From Armatimonadia bacterium (GTDB lineage Bacteria > Armatimonadota > Zipacnadia > Zipacnadales > UBA11051): DNA of 16,974 nucleotides. Each line of letters starts with the position of its first letter. Position 1 is the stretch's first letter. A program made the translations under genes and the position numbers. This document shows positions 7,309 to 15,803 of this stretch, one piece after another. Where the stretch lies: the NCBI GenBank assembly GCA_039683575.1, contig JBDKRC010000300.1:1-16974 (forward strand), written 5' to 3'. The notes beneath the pieces were generated by a model. The model did not search any database. It was not told the DNA's origin and saw only the letters and a program-made list of their open reading frames with translations.

Positions 7309-8364
7309 ATGACCTATAAGCTCGCCCGAGAGAAACTCGGCGAATGGCTGCTGAAGATATCCGAAGGCAAGCGCCTGATCGCGCCGACGCGGGACGATCA
7401 GGGACGGCTTGCGTTTGACCAGGTGACTGACCCCGCGCAGATCGTTAATGCGCCGGGGATCGTGCCTGAGGGCCTCAAGCGCTGGTTCTACCCGCCGTCG
7501 GAGGAGATGTTCCGCTACACCGGCGCGGGGCCGAGGGTGCGCGTGTACGAGCGGCCGGAGGATGAACTGGAGCAGGTGCTTTTCGGCGCGCGTCCCTGCG
7601 ACGCGGCCGCGCTTGACTACAGCGTACGCTTCTGGGAATGCGACGAGGGCGATCCGTACTACGCCAACAAGCGCGCGAAGACGCTCGTCGTGGCGCTGAA
7701 CTGTGAGACAGCCGAGGCGGAGTGCTTCTGCGAGTCTATCTCCTGCGCGCTGACCAACCCGCGCGGGATGGACCTGCTCGTGACCCCGCTGAGCGACAAA
7801 GAGTATCTTGTCGAAAGCCTCAGCGAGAAGGGTGAAGCGGTCCTGGAGGCCACGAAGGACCTGATGGATGCTGCCGAAGCTGAGGCCGTCGAGGCGCGGC
7901 AGGCGTTGGCAGAGAAGGTCGTCCAGCAGCAGAAGCGGCAGATCCCGGCCGAGGGCATCACTGAAGCCATCCAGGGCGTCTTCAAGGACGAGGCCTTCTG
8001 GCGCAAGCATACCGCGGCCTGCATCGGCTGCGGGGTCTGCACGTTCCTCTGCCCCACTTGCACCTGTTTTGATGTGATGGATGACGCAGTCGGCGGCACG
8101 GGTTTCCGGTATCGCTGCTGGGACACCTGCCAGTTCCGGCAGTTCTGCGAGGAAGCCAGCGGCCATGACCGCCGCGCCCAGCAGTGGCAGCGCCAGCGCC
8201 AGCGCGTGGCGCACAAGCTGTGGTACTCGGTGGACCGGTTCCAGGAACTCACCTGCGTGGGCTGCGGGCGCTGCATCAGGCAGTGCCCGGTGAATATTGA
8301 TATTTGCGAGATTGCCTCTGACGCGGCGGCGGCCAGCAAACCCGAGGAGGTTCAGCAGTCATGA
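7309..8364 (+). CDS. flxB: FlxB-type (AsrA-like) [4Fe-4S] protein
   Basis: FGARPCD, CFC, CIGCGVCTFLCPTCTCF, RCWDTC, RQRVAHK, CVGCGRCIRQCP. Confidence 0.85.
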   Translation: MTYKLAREKLGEWLLKISEGKRLIAPTRDDQGRLAFDQVTDPAQIVNAPGIVPEGLKRWFYPPSEEMFRYTGAGPRVRVYERPEDELEQVLFGARPCDAAALDYSVRFWECDEGDPYYANKRAKTLVVALNCETAEAECFCESISCALTNPRGMDLLVTPLSDKEYLVESLSEKGEAVLEATKDLMDAAEAEAVEARQALAEKVVQQQKRQIPAEGITEAIQGVFKDEAFWRKHTAACIGCGVCTFLCPTCTCFDVMDDAVGGTGFRYRCWDTCQFRQFCEEASGHDRRAQQWQRQRQRVAHKLWYSVDRFQELTCVGCGRCIRQCPVNIDICEIASDAAAASKPEEVQQS

Positions 8365-8579
8365 ACCGCTCATACGCAGTGATTGTAGAGAAGGACGAGA
8401 CTGATTACTACTTCGCGTACTGTCCTGCTTTGAAAGGCTGCTGCTCTCAGGGCAAGACAGAGGAAGAAGCGCTGGCTAACATCCAGGAAGCCATTGATCT
8501 GTGGCTTGAGGCGCAAGCTGCGCGAGCGAAGAAGACCCTCAAACCCAATCAAAGCCTCCACAGCGTCTCGTTTGCATGA
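8361..8579 (+). CDS. hicB: Short HicB-family antitoxin without DNA-binding domain, 72 aa
   Basis: YAVIVEKDE...YFAYCPALKGCCSQGKTEEEALANIQEAIDLWLE; ATGA overlap with flxB; SD GAGGAGG at 8344-8350. Confidence 0.9.
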   Translation: MNRSYAVIVEKDETDYYFAYCPALKGCCSQGKTEEEALANIQEAIDLWLEAQAARAKKTLKPNQSLHSVSFA

Positions 8580-8812
8580 AGCTGCCACGAGGGTTGTCCG
8601 GTGACGAAGCCGTGCGTGCCTTCAGGAAGACTGGTTGGCAGGTTTTTCGAATGACCGGCAGTCACATTGTCTTGGAGAAAGAGGGCGAGGAGTTCAACCT
8701 TTCGATCCCTCGCCATGATGAACTCGGACATGGGCTGCTGCGGCACCAGATACGTCTGGCAGGCTTGAGCGTCGAGCAGTTTGTCCAATTGCTCAGGAAG
8801 AACAAGAGATGA
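8576..8812 (+). CDS. hicA: HicA-family mRNA interferase toxin, 78 aa
   Basis: MKLPRGLSGDEAVRAF...GW...TGSHIVL...IPRHDELGHGLL...AGLSVEQF with conserved GSH; ATGA overlaps at both ends. Confidence 0.9.
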   Translation: MKLPRGLSGDEAVRAFRKTGWQVFRMTGSHIVLEKEGEEFNLSIPRHDELGHGLLRHQIRLAGLSVEQFVQLLRKNKR

Positions 8813-9642
8813 CCCACACTCCGAAGAACCCGTATCTCCCCCACCTCGCAACCCTCCAACTGGTCCGCGACGAGGGCCCCGGTCTGATGACCTTTGAGGC
8901 GGCCTTCCAGGACCCCTGCATCGCCGAGACTTTCACCTACATGCCGGGCCAATTCATCGAATGCTCGATCTTTGGCTACGGCGAGGCGCCCTTTGGCATC
9001 GCCAGCGCCGCCGCTCCCAACCGCCCCGTGCGGTTTTCGGTGCAGAGGATGGGCAAGCTCTCCGGAGCGCTCCATGGCCTGTCTGAGGGCGATACCATCG
9101 GCCTGCGCGGGCCTTTCGGCAACGGCTTCCCAATGCTCGACCACAAGGGCAAGGACCTCGTGATCGTCGCCGGTGGCATCGGCCTTCCGCCCCTGCGGTC
9201 GGTTGTGGAGTACGTTTTGGAGCATCGTGCCGACTACGGCAAGATGCAGGTCATCTATGGCGCCCGCAATCCTGGCATGCTCACCTACAAGGACAAGCTG
9301 GAAGAGTGGGCCGGGCGGGATGACATGGAGCTTTGCCTGACGGTGGACAAGGGTGACGAGACTTGGACCGGGCATGAGGGCTTCGTGCCCTCCTATGTCG
9401 AGGAACTGGCGCCGTCGCCGAACAACGCCGTCCTCTATACCGTTGGACCGCCGATCATGATCCACTTTGTGCTGCTGTCGCTGGCCAAGCTCGGCTGGCC
9501 GCCGGAACAGGTTTTTGCCAGCCTCGAAGCCAAGATGAAGTGCGGCTTCGGCAAGTGCGGGCGCTGCAACGTCGGCCCCAAGTTCGTCTGCCAGGATGGG
9601 CCGGTATTCAGCCAGGCTGAGCTGCAGAAGCTGGCGGAGTAG
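8809..9642 (+). CDS. flxA: FlxA-type (AsrB/PyrK-like) FAD/NAD(P)H oxidoreductase with [2Fe-2S]
   Basis: PGQF...GEAPF, RGPFGNGFP, AGGIGLPPLRS, YGAR, GPPIM, MKCGFGKCGRC...VCQDGPVF. Confidence 0.9.
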   Translation: MTHTPKNPYLPHLATLQLVRDEGPGLMTFEAAFQDPCIAETFTYMPGQFIECSIFGYGEAPFGIASAAAPNRPVRFSVQRMGKLSGALHGLSEGDTIGLRGPFGNGFPMLDHKGKDLVIVAGGIGLPPLRSVVEYVLEHRADYGKMQVIYGARNPGMLTYKDKLEEWAGRDDMELCLTVDKGDETWTGHEGFVPSYVEELAPSPNNAVLYTVGPPIMIHFVLLSLAKLGWPPEQVFASLEAKMKCGFGKCGRCNVGPKFVCQDGPVFSQAELQKLAE

Positions 9643-9647
9643 ACCAC

Positions 9648-10493
9648 GTGGCCGCACCTGATCGTCTGTTCGTGTCCGACCTCGACGGCACGCTGCTTGA
9701 CCCCAACGCGCGGCTTTCTGACTACACTCGCACGGAACTGCATCGCCTGCTCGAGGCCGGACTGCCTTTCACCATCGCCAGCGCGCGCAGCATCGTATCC
9801 ATCAAGGCGATCCTCGCCGGGCTGCCCCTGACGCTGCCAGTTATTGAGTTCAACGGCGCCTACATTACGGACCTCGCCACCGGACATCACCAGTTCTGCC
9901 GCTCGATAGGCTCTGAGGTTGTCTCCAGCATCCTCGAACGAGCCACAAGCCACAACGTTCCCCCCTTCATATCAGCCTCCACAGAAGATGATGATCGGTT
10001 ATACTACCACCGTACCACCAACGGCGGCATGGAGTGGTATATGGACGAGCGGGTGACCCTGCAGGATGCACGGCTCCGGCAGGTCAATGACCTTGCTTGC
10101 TGCCTGGATGACGAGGTCGTGTGCATGACGCTGATCGGCACGCGGGAGCAGCTTCTGCCCCTGCGGGAGTGGATGGCGGAGGCATTTGGGCAGCAGATAG
10201 CGCTTAACTTCTATGAGAACGCGTACAGCCCGCCGTGGCACTGGCTGACGGTGCACGACTGCCGCGCCACCAAGGACAGGGCCCTGCGGGTACTCGCGGA
10301 AGACTATGGCGTGCCACTGAGCGAGGTTACGGTCTTCGGTGACGCCGGTAATGACCTGTCGATGTTCGAAGTCGCCGGCACGCGAGTGGCCGTGGCGAAT
10401 GCCGATCCGGAGCTACGGTCACTCGCGGACGTCATCATCGGGCCGCATCACGAAGACAGTGTGGTCAAGTATCTCGCTTCACTGCACCCCTGA
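9648..10493 (+). CDS. Cof-type HAD-IIB hydrolase
   Basis: SDLDGTLL, IASARS, FNGA, TKDRAL, FGDAGNDLSMF, VANA. Confidence 0.9.
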   Translation: MAAPDRLFVSDLDGTLLDPNARLSDYTRTELHRLLEAGLPFTIASARSIVSIKAILAGLPLTLPVIEFNGAYITDLATGHHQFCRSIGSEVVSSILERATSHNVPPFISASTEDDDRLYYHRTTNGGMEWYMDERVTLQDARLRQVNDLACCLDDEVVCMTLIGTREQLLPLREWMAEAFGQQIALNFYENAYSPPWHWLTVHDCRATKDRALRVLAEDYGVPLSEVTVFGDAGNDLSMFEVAGTRVAVANADPELRSLADVIIGPHHEDSVVKYLASLHP

Positions 10494-10499
10494 ACCATC

Positions 10500-11075
10500 A
10501 TGCGCAAACACCCGGCGGTATTCCTGGATCGTGACGGTGTCATCAACGAAGATGATGACAACTACATCAAGTCGTGGGCCGAGTACCGCTTCTTCCCCGG
10601 CGCGTTGGAAGCGCTGCGACGGCTGCACGAAGCAGGGCTCGAGGTGTATCTGGTCACCAACCAGGCGGGCGTCGGCAAGGGCGTATTCCCCTACCGCAAC
10701 CTGCAAGACATCCTGCTGCGGCTGCGTCTGACCGCCAGAGAGCATGGTGGGCTGATCCACGGCATCGCGTACTGCTGCCACCGCAAGGATGAATGCTGCC
10801 CGTGCCGCAAGCCGCAGCCGGGCATGCTGCGCAAACTGGCCGCCAAATATGGCCTGGACCTGGAGCGCTCGGTCCTGGTGGGCGATAGCTGCACCGACAT
10901 TCAGGCCGCCCAGGCCGTGGGCTGCACCACGATCTTCCTGCACACGCGAGGGGCCGAGCGGATTGCGGAGCATCTCGCGCAGTGCGATCCCCCGCCCGAC
11001 TATCAAGCTGACAGCCTTGCCGAGGCTGTGAACATTGTTATTCCGCTGCTGCAAGAGCAGCTCGCCAAGAGGTAG
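10500..11075 (+). CDS. gmhB: HAD-IIIA phosphatase, D,D-heptose 1,7-bisphosphate phosphatase (GmhB)-like
   Basis: AVFLDRDGVIN, VTNQAGVGKG, Zn site CCH...CPCRKPQPGML, VGDSCTDIQAA. Exact substrate uncertain. Confidence 0.8.
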   Translation: MRKHPAVFLDRDGVINEDDDNYIKSWAEYRFFPGALEALRRLHEAGLEVYLVTNQAGVGKGVFPYRNLQDILLRLRLTAREHGGLIHGIAYCCHRKDECCPCRKPQPGMLRKLAAKYGLDLERSVLVGDSCTDIQAAQAVGCTTIFLHTRGAERIAEHLAQCDPPPDYQADSLAEAVNIVIPLLQEQLAKR

Positions 11076-11079
11076 ACAG

Positions 11080-12396
11080 ATGGCTTTCTATGCAGGCGTT
11101 GCCAAGCATGTAATCACACCGTACGTCGGGATCGGCATGGAGGGTAATGCGCGCGAGGAGGGCAGCCGCGGCGTTCATGACGACCTGTATGCCCGCGCGA
11201 TAGTGCTGCGCAACGAGTCAGGCCAGGAGTGCGCCATCGTGGCGCTTGACCTGTGCATGCTGCCGGGTTGGGTCGCCGCCCGGGTGCGAGAGCTGATCTG
11301 CGCGCAGAGCCCGCTGCAAGCCGAGCAGGTGCTGGTCGCCGGCACGCACACGCACGCCGGACCAGTCACCATCGGCATCTTCGGCGAAGAGCCCGACCGC
11401 GTCTACCTGTCTGAAGTCGCTGCCACGGCGGCCGGAGCGGTACTCGATGCGTATCGCAACACGGTGCCGGCGGTAGTTGGCTTCGCCCGTGGCTGCGCCG
11501 AGGAGCCCGTCAACAACCGGCGCCTGCGCACGGCAGACGGCGTACTGCACATGAACTGGGAGGGGCTGGACCCGCAGGACGTGGCTGAGGTTCTCGGCCC
11601 GACGGACCCGGAGATCGCGATCATGCGCGTGGACACGGTTGAGGGCAAGCCGCTGGCGACGCTCATCAACTACGCGCTGCACCCGGCCATCCTCGCCGGC
11701 GATAACTGGCTGATCTCGGCAGACTGGCCCGGCTATGCCATCGGCGTGATAGAGAAGCTGCGCGGCGGCATGGGGCTGTTCCTCAACGGCGGCACCGGCA
11801 ACATCAACCACATCAACTATCTGCGGCCCGAGCAGAAGCGTGGGTTCTACGAGGCGGAGCGTCTCGGCAAGATTGTGGGCTGTGCGGCAATGGAGGGGCT
11901 TCTGGTGGCAGAGAAGACGACTGACCAAGTGGCCATACAGTGCGCGCATCGAACCGTCACCGTCGAGGGACGTCACGTTAGTGATGAGCAGGTGGCGGAA
12001 GCCCGGGCGCTGCTCGCGGCGCACACGGGGCCACTGCTGGAGGCGGCCACTGACGGCGCTCCCGATGCCCTGTTTGCCAGCGAACTGGTGAAGGTGGCCG
12101 AGCGCGGGCAGTTCACCCGTGACCTCGAGGTTCAGATGCTGCGCGTCGGCGACGCCGCTTTCTTCACCTTCCCCGGCGAGGTCTTCGTTGAATACCAGTT
12201 GCAGCTCAAGCAGCGCAACCCGCTGGCGCACACTTTCTTTGTGGGCTATGCAAATGACTACCAGGGGTACATCCCCACTCCCGAGGCGCTGGAGCAGGGC
12301 GGCTATGAAGCCCGGCCCATGAGTTGGAGCCAGTTCGGGCCCGATACGGGGCAGCAGCTTGTTGACGGCGCCCTTGGCTTGCTGCCTGCGGAGTAA
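11080..12396 (+). CDS. Neutral/alkaline ceramidase-like metallo-amidohydrolase, no signal peptide
   Basis: GVHDDLYARA, THTHAGP, NRR, NYALHP, ISADWPG, PGEVF, GYIPT...GGYE. Start set at ATG 11080, after the gmhB stop. Confidence 0.8.
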   Translation: MAFYAGVAKHVITPYVGIGMEGNAREEGSRGVHDDLYARAIVLRNESGQECAIVALDLCMLPGWVAARVRELICAQSPLQAEQVLVAGTHTHAGPVTIGIFGEEPDRVYLSEVAATAAGAVLDAYRNTVPAVVGFARGCAEEPVNNRRLRTADGVLHMNWEGLDPQDVAEVLGPTDPEIAIMRVDTVEGKPLATLINYALHPAILAGDNWLISADWPGYAIGVIEKLRGGMGLFLNGGTGNINHINYLRPEQKRGFYEAERLGKIVGCAAMEGLLVAEKTTDQVAIQCAHRTVTVEGRHVSDEQVAEARALLAAHTGPLLEAATDGAPDALFASELVKVAERGQFTRDLEVQMLRVGDAAFFTFPGEVFVEYQLQLKQRNPLAHTFFVGYANDYQGYIPTPEALEQGGYEARPMSWSQFGPDTGQQLVDGALGLLPAE

Positions 12397-12424
12397 CCAC
12401 TTCAGTTAAGCAGTTGGTGTTTGC

Positions 12425-12973
12425 ATGCCGAGAATGATCCGGCCCAGGCGCGCTGTCAGGTGGCACTCTTTCGTGTTCCTGGGCGTCCTGGCGCTAATGA
12501 CTCTGTGGATGACTCGCTCAGTGCGTCTGGCCGAGATCCCGTCAGGGTCGATGGAGCCGACGCTACAGCCGGGTGACCTGGTGTTGATGAGGATCGACGC
12601 CTACCGCCACAGTCTGCCGCAAAGGGGCGACATCGTCATCTTTCGAGACCGGAAGACCGGAGAGTTGCTTGCGAAGCGCGTCATTGGGTTGCCGGGAGAA
12701 GAAGTGGGAGTGGCTGGCGACGCGGTCTGGATTGACCACAAGCGCTTGGAGGAGCCCTACACCAAGGGAGCCCAGACGTGGCGAAGCGGCTTTCTGGTGA
12801 AGCTTGGGGACGATCAGATCTGGGTGATGGGCGACAACCGCGAGCGTAGCTTTGACAGCCGTGATTTCGGCCCGATCAGCAGCAAGCAACTAGTGGGACG
12901 GGGAGCGGGCATCATCTGGCCCGTGAACCGACGTCAGCGGTTTCCGCACGGTACCGACGATACGAAGACCTAG
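12425..12973 (+). CDS. lepB: Signal peptidase I
   Basis: One N-terminal TM segment, PSGSMEPTL (Ser), RGDIVIF, AKRVIGLPGE (Lys), MGDNRERSFDSRDFG. Confidence 0.92.
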   Translation: MPRMIRPRRAVRWHSFVFLGVLALMTLWMTRSVRLAEIPSGSMEPTLQPGDLVLMRIDAYRHSLPQRGDIVIFRDRKTGELLAKRVIGLPGEEVGVAGDAVWIDHKRLEEPYTKGAQTWRSGFLVKLGDDQIWVMGDNRERSFDSRDFGPISSKQLVGRGAGIIWPVNRRQRFPHGTDDTKT

Positions 12974-12985
12974 CGGCAGAGCAGG

Positions 12986-14233
12986 TCAGAAAAGCCGCTG
13001 CGCTTCCTCTTTCACCGCCTGCTGCAGCGCGGTGGCGGCGTCGGCACGTCCGCTCAGTGCCAACCACAGCGCTCTCTCCACAATCCCCGAGACCCTTCCC
13101 GGTTGCTGCAATGGCAGGCCCTGAGCGCCTTCCAACTGCGCTACAAACGGCGCGGTCGTAGCGTCCTTAGCGGCTTCGGCAATATGCTGACGATAGGTAG
13201 GCAGGCCACCCATCAGCCACATGGCCCGCTGTGCTTCGCCCGAGGCCATGAAGCGCGCGAATCGCCCGCAGTTTGCTGCGTTCTGGGTGTTTTTGAACAC
13301 TACCATTACCTCGCAGGAGACCTGCCCCAGCGGACCCTTGGCCCCCGGCAGCGGGCACATGCCAAACTTGAGGCCGGGCCGCGAGGCACGCAGGTACCGC
13401 GCTAATTCCGGCCCCGAGAAGAGCATCCCGACCTTGCCCGCTGCGAATTGCTCCTCAAGCTCCTCTGTAGTCCACGTCAGCCCCTCGGGCTGGGTCAGCC
13501 CCGCCTGCTGCAGGCCCAGCCAGTAACCCAGCGCCTTGACCGCTTGCTCCGAGCACAGGTCAAGGTCTCCCCGCTCGTCCACTTTGGGCCCATCGAAGGC
13601 CATCAGGAAGCCCCAGAAGGTCTCCATGGCTCCGCCAGGGGCGGCAGGCAGCCCCAGCGGATACAGCGATTTCTCCTCGCTGAGCGCGACAGCGGCCGCC
13701 TGGAGCTCTTCCAGCGTCTTCGGCGGCTTGAGCTTGGCGGCTTCAAACAGGTCCTGCCGGTAGTACAGCACGCGGCTCCGAACCAGCCACGGCAGGCCGT
13801 ACAGCTTGCCGTCCAGGCGGCAGCGGTCGAGAACTGCCGGGGCGATGCCGGCAATGTCACGGGGTTTGAGGTAGTCGTCAAGGGGCAGGAGGGAGTCTGC
13901 GAACTGCGACAGCCAGACGTCGGGCATCACGGTCAGGTCAGGCGCGTAGCGGGCGAGACTGCCGCACCAGTAGCGCAGTCGTGCCCTCGCATCTGACCAC
14001 TTCTCCTGGGTCAGGTTCACGCGCAGGTTGGGGTTGCTATCCTGAAAGCTCCCTAGGAGGTCGACGGTGCCGCTGAGCGTGCGCTCGCCGGGGTTGCGCC
14101 AGGCGACCATCTGGAGCACCGTAGGCTGCGGCGTCTGTGCGCGGGCGGTGCTCAGGCAAGCGACTATTGCCAAACAGACGAGGGCCGCTAGATGGCGGCC
14201 CTCGAAGTAACTAACCAGTCGGTATCTCGTCAT
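12986..14233 (-). CDS. ABC transporter solute-binding protein (sugar-binding family 1-like)
   Basis: Signal peptide ending ARA-Q, PDL...D, LLPLDDYL, DGKLYGLPW, LYYRQDLFEAA...PPKTLEEL, FAAGKVGM. Confidence 0.85.
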   Translation of the reverse strand: MTRYRLVSYFEGRHLAALVCLAIVACLSTARAQTPQPTVLQMVAWRNPGERTLSGTVDLLGSFQDSNPNLRVNLTQEKWSDARARLRYWCGSLARYAPDLTVMPDVWLSQFADSLLPLDDYLKPRDIAGIAPAVLDRCRLDGKLYGLPWLVRSRVLYYRQDLFEAAKLKPPKTLEELQAAAVALSEEKSLYPLGLPAAPGGAMETFWGFLMAFDGPKVDERGDLDLCSEQAVKALGYWLGLQQAGLTQPEGLTWTTEELEEQFAAGKVGMLFSGPELARYLRASRPGLKFGMCPLPGAKGPLGQVSCEVMVVFKNTQNAANCGRFARFMASGEAQRAMWLMGGLPTYRQHIAEAAKDATTAPFVAQLEGAQGLPLQQPGRVSGIVERALWLALSGRADAATALQQAVKEEAQRLF

Positions 14234-14246
14234 GGACCGCCCTGCT

Positions 14247-15662
14247 CTACCGCTCGGTCATGCTAATGGAGACCTTGCCGGTAGCCTTGATCTTCTGCGG
14301 CACCATCTGCTGCATCCCGTACTGGCCTTCCATGCCGGGCATTCCAGGCATCCCCGGCATTCCGGGGGCGGCCATACCGGGCTCCATCGGCATTCCCGGC
14401 ATCCCGGGTGCTCCGGGCATGCCAGGCGCCCCGGGGAAGGCTCCCGGCGCAGCGCCCATTCCGGGCATCGCAGCCCCGGGCATCATTCCGGGCGCAGCCA
14501 TACCGGGCTCCATGGGCATTCCGCCCATCGGCATGCCGTCAGGCCCGACCCCGCCACCCATGCCGCCCATTCCGGGCATCCCACCGGCTGCCAGGGCCGC
14601 CAACTGCGAGGAGTCTATCTCGTAGTTATGGGTGATTTCGTCCTCGATCCCAACGAACCGGCCCTCTTCGTAGGCGAAGTAGCTGGTGCGCGTGCCGCTG
14701 AAGTCAGTCTTGATCTGTGCCGTAGTGTTCTTCAGACGGATCGTCATCTTCGTTCCGGTCTCTTTGAAGGTGCTGACGATCCGGGCGACCTTGTGACCTT
14801 TGTACCACTGGAACCCGTCCAGCTTATTCTGAGCTTTGACTTCCTCGCGCTTGGTTGCCGCCGGGTCCAGCATGAGCCACAGCTTGCCCTGCCAGGTCGC
14901 GCCGACTTGCAGGTCCTTGTCCGGCAATTCCATGGTCAACTCGCCCAGTTCCCACTCCGGGTCCTTCTCGCGCTTGGCCTTGATCTGCCCCAGGGGATTG
15001 ACAACCAGTGTGAACAGGTCGCCGGCGCCCTTGATGTTCGCGGGCTTGTCCTCGCCAAACCTGGTCCAGGCCTCGGTGGGGTTCTGGCGGATGATGGCGG
15101 GACCGCCGTTGCTGGACGTCATGGCATGGTCTTTGTAGACTGCCTTCATCGTGCCGTTGAGGTCCTTGACCATCGGCATTAGCGCGGTGATTTCCTTCTT
15201 CATATCGACCGTGCGCTTGCCGGTCATCTCGTAGGTGAACTCGGAGCCCCGCTTGTAGTTAAGGCGCAGGCGGACATTGTAGGGCGCGTCGCTGCCGCTG
15301 AGGGAGTTATTTACGGTAATGGTAACGGAAGTGGTGCCGAGGGGCTGTCCAGCGGGCGTACAGGCTGCAGCGGTGATGGTGTAGGTCCCATCGGGGTAGA
15401 GGGCCTTGCCGCCGGAACGGGCGAGGGTGTCCCACGTGAAGACATAGGGCTTGCCGATTGCGGCAATGAACTCATTCTTCTGCGAGGGGCCTTCGAGCTT
15501 GTACGCGATCCACCCGCTGTCGGGGTCGGGCTTGACGCCCTGGACCTTGACCACCCCACGTACGGTCTGGTTGCTGGTGGGCGCGGTTATGCTAACCTGG
15601 GCGAAGGCGGAGGCGGAGAACGCCAGAAGTGCAAGAGCAACTAACCAGGGGTGTCGCGTCAT
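14247..15662 (-). CDS. Secreted hypothetical protein: Ig-like N-terminal domain, beta-rich C-terminal domain, Met-Pro-Gly-rich insert
   Basis: SD AAAGGGG before ATG 15662; signal peptide ...SASAFA-Q; VSITAPT...VRG...YVFTWDT...PDGTYTITA...ITVNN resembles bacterial Ig-like domains. Confidence 0.7.
   Translation of the reverse strand: MTRHPWLVALALLAFSASAFAQVSITAPTSNQTVRGVVKVQGVKPDPDSGWIAYKLEGPSQKNEFIAAIGKPYVFTWDTLARSGGKALYPDGTYTITAAACTPAGQPLGTTSVTITVNNSLSGSDAPYNVRLRLNYKRGSEFTYEMTGKRTVDMKKEITALMPMVKDLNGTMKAVYKDHAMTSSNGGPAIIRQNPTEAWTRFGEDKPANIKGAGDLFTLVVNPLGQIKAKREKDPEWELGELTMELPDKDLQVGATWQGKLWLMLDPAATKREEVKAQNKLDGFQWYKGHKVARIVSTFKETGTKMTIRLKNTTAQIKTDFSGTRTSYFAYEEGRFVGIEDEITHNYEIDSSQLAALAAGGMPGMGGMGGGVGPDGMPMGGMPMEPGMAAPGMMPGAAMPGMGAAPGAFPGAPGMPGAPGMPGMPMEPGMAAPGMPGMPGMPGMEGQYGMQQMVPQKIKATGKVSISMTER
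14310..14590 (-). repeat. Low-complexity coding repeat (MPG/APG) with a duplicated GMPMEPGMAAPGM block
   Basis: Visible in the translation; GCCATACCGGGCTCCAT occurs at 14371-14387 and 14497-14513. Confidence 0.85.
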
Positions 15663-15803
15663 CTCTGCAACCCCTTTCATGTGCTGCGATGAGAATGGCC
15701 GTGCCTGCCAGTGTAGCACCACCAGCACGGCGTTGCTACACTTAGCAGAAATATATACCTAGAAACGCTTGAGCGGCTAGCGCGGTTCCGATTGCGCCGG
15801 TGC

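Noticed and set aside
8180-8210. CAGCGC microrepeat in flxB as a phase-variation tract
   Set aside because: In-frame, three copies, and encodes the conserved RxRQRxxHK region.
14310-14590. CRISPR array or DNA-level tandem repeat
   Set aside because: Repeats are degenerate at synonymous positions within an ORF and have no repeat-spacer structure.
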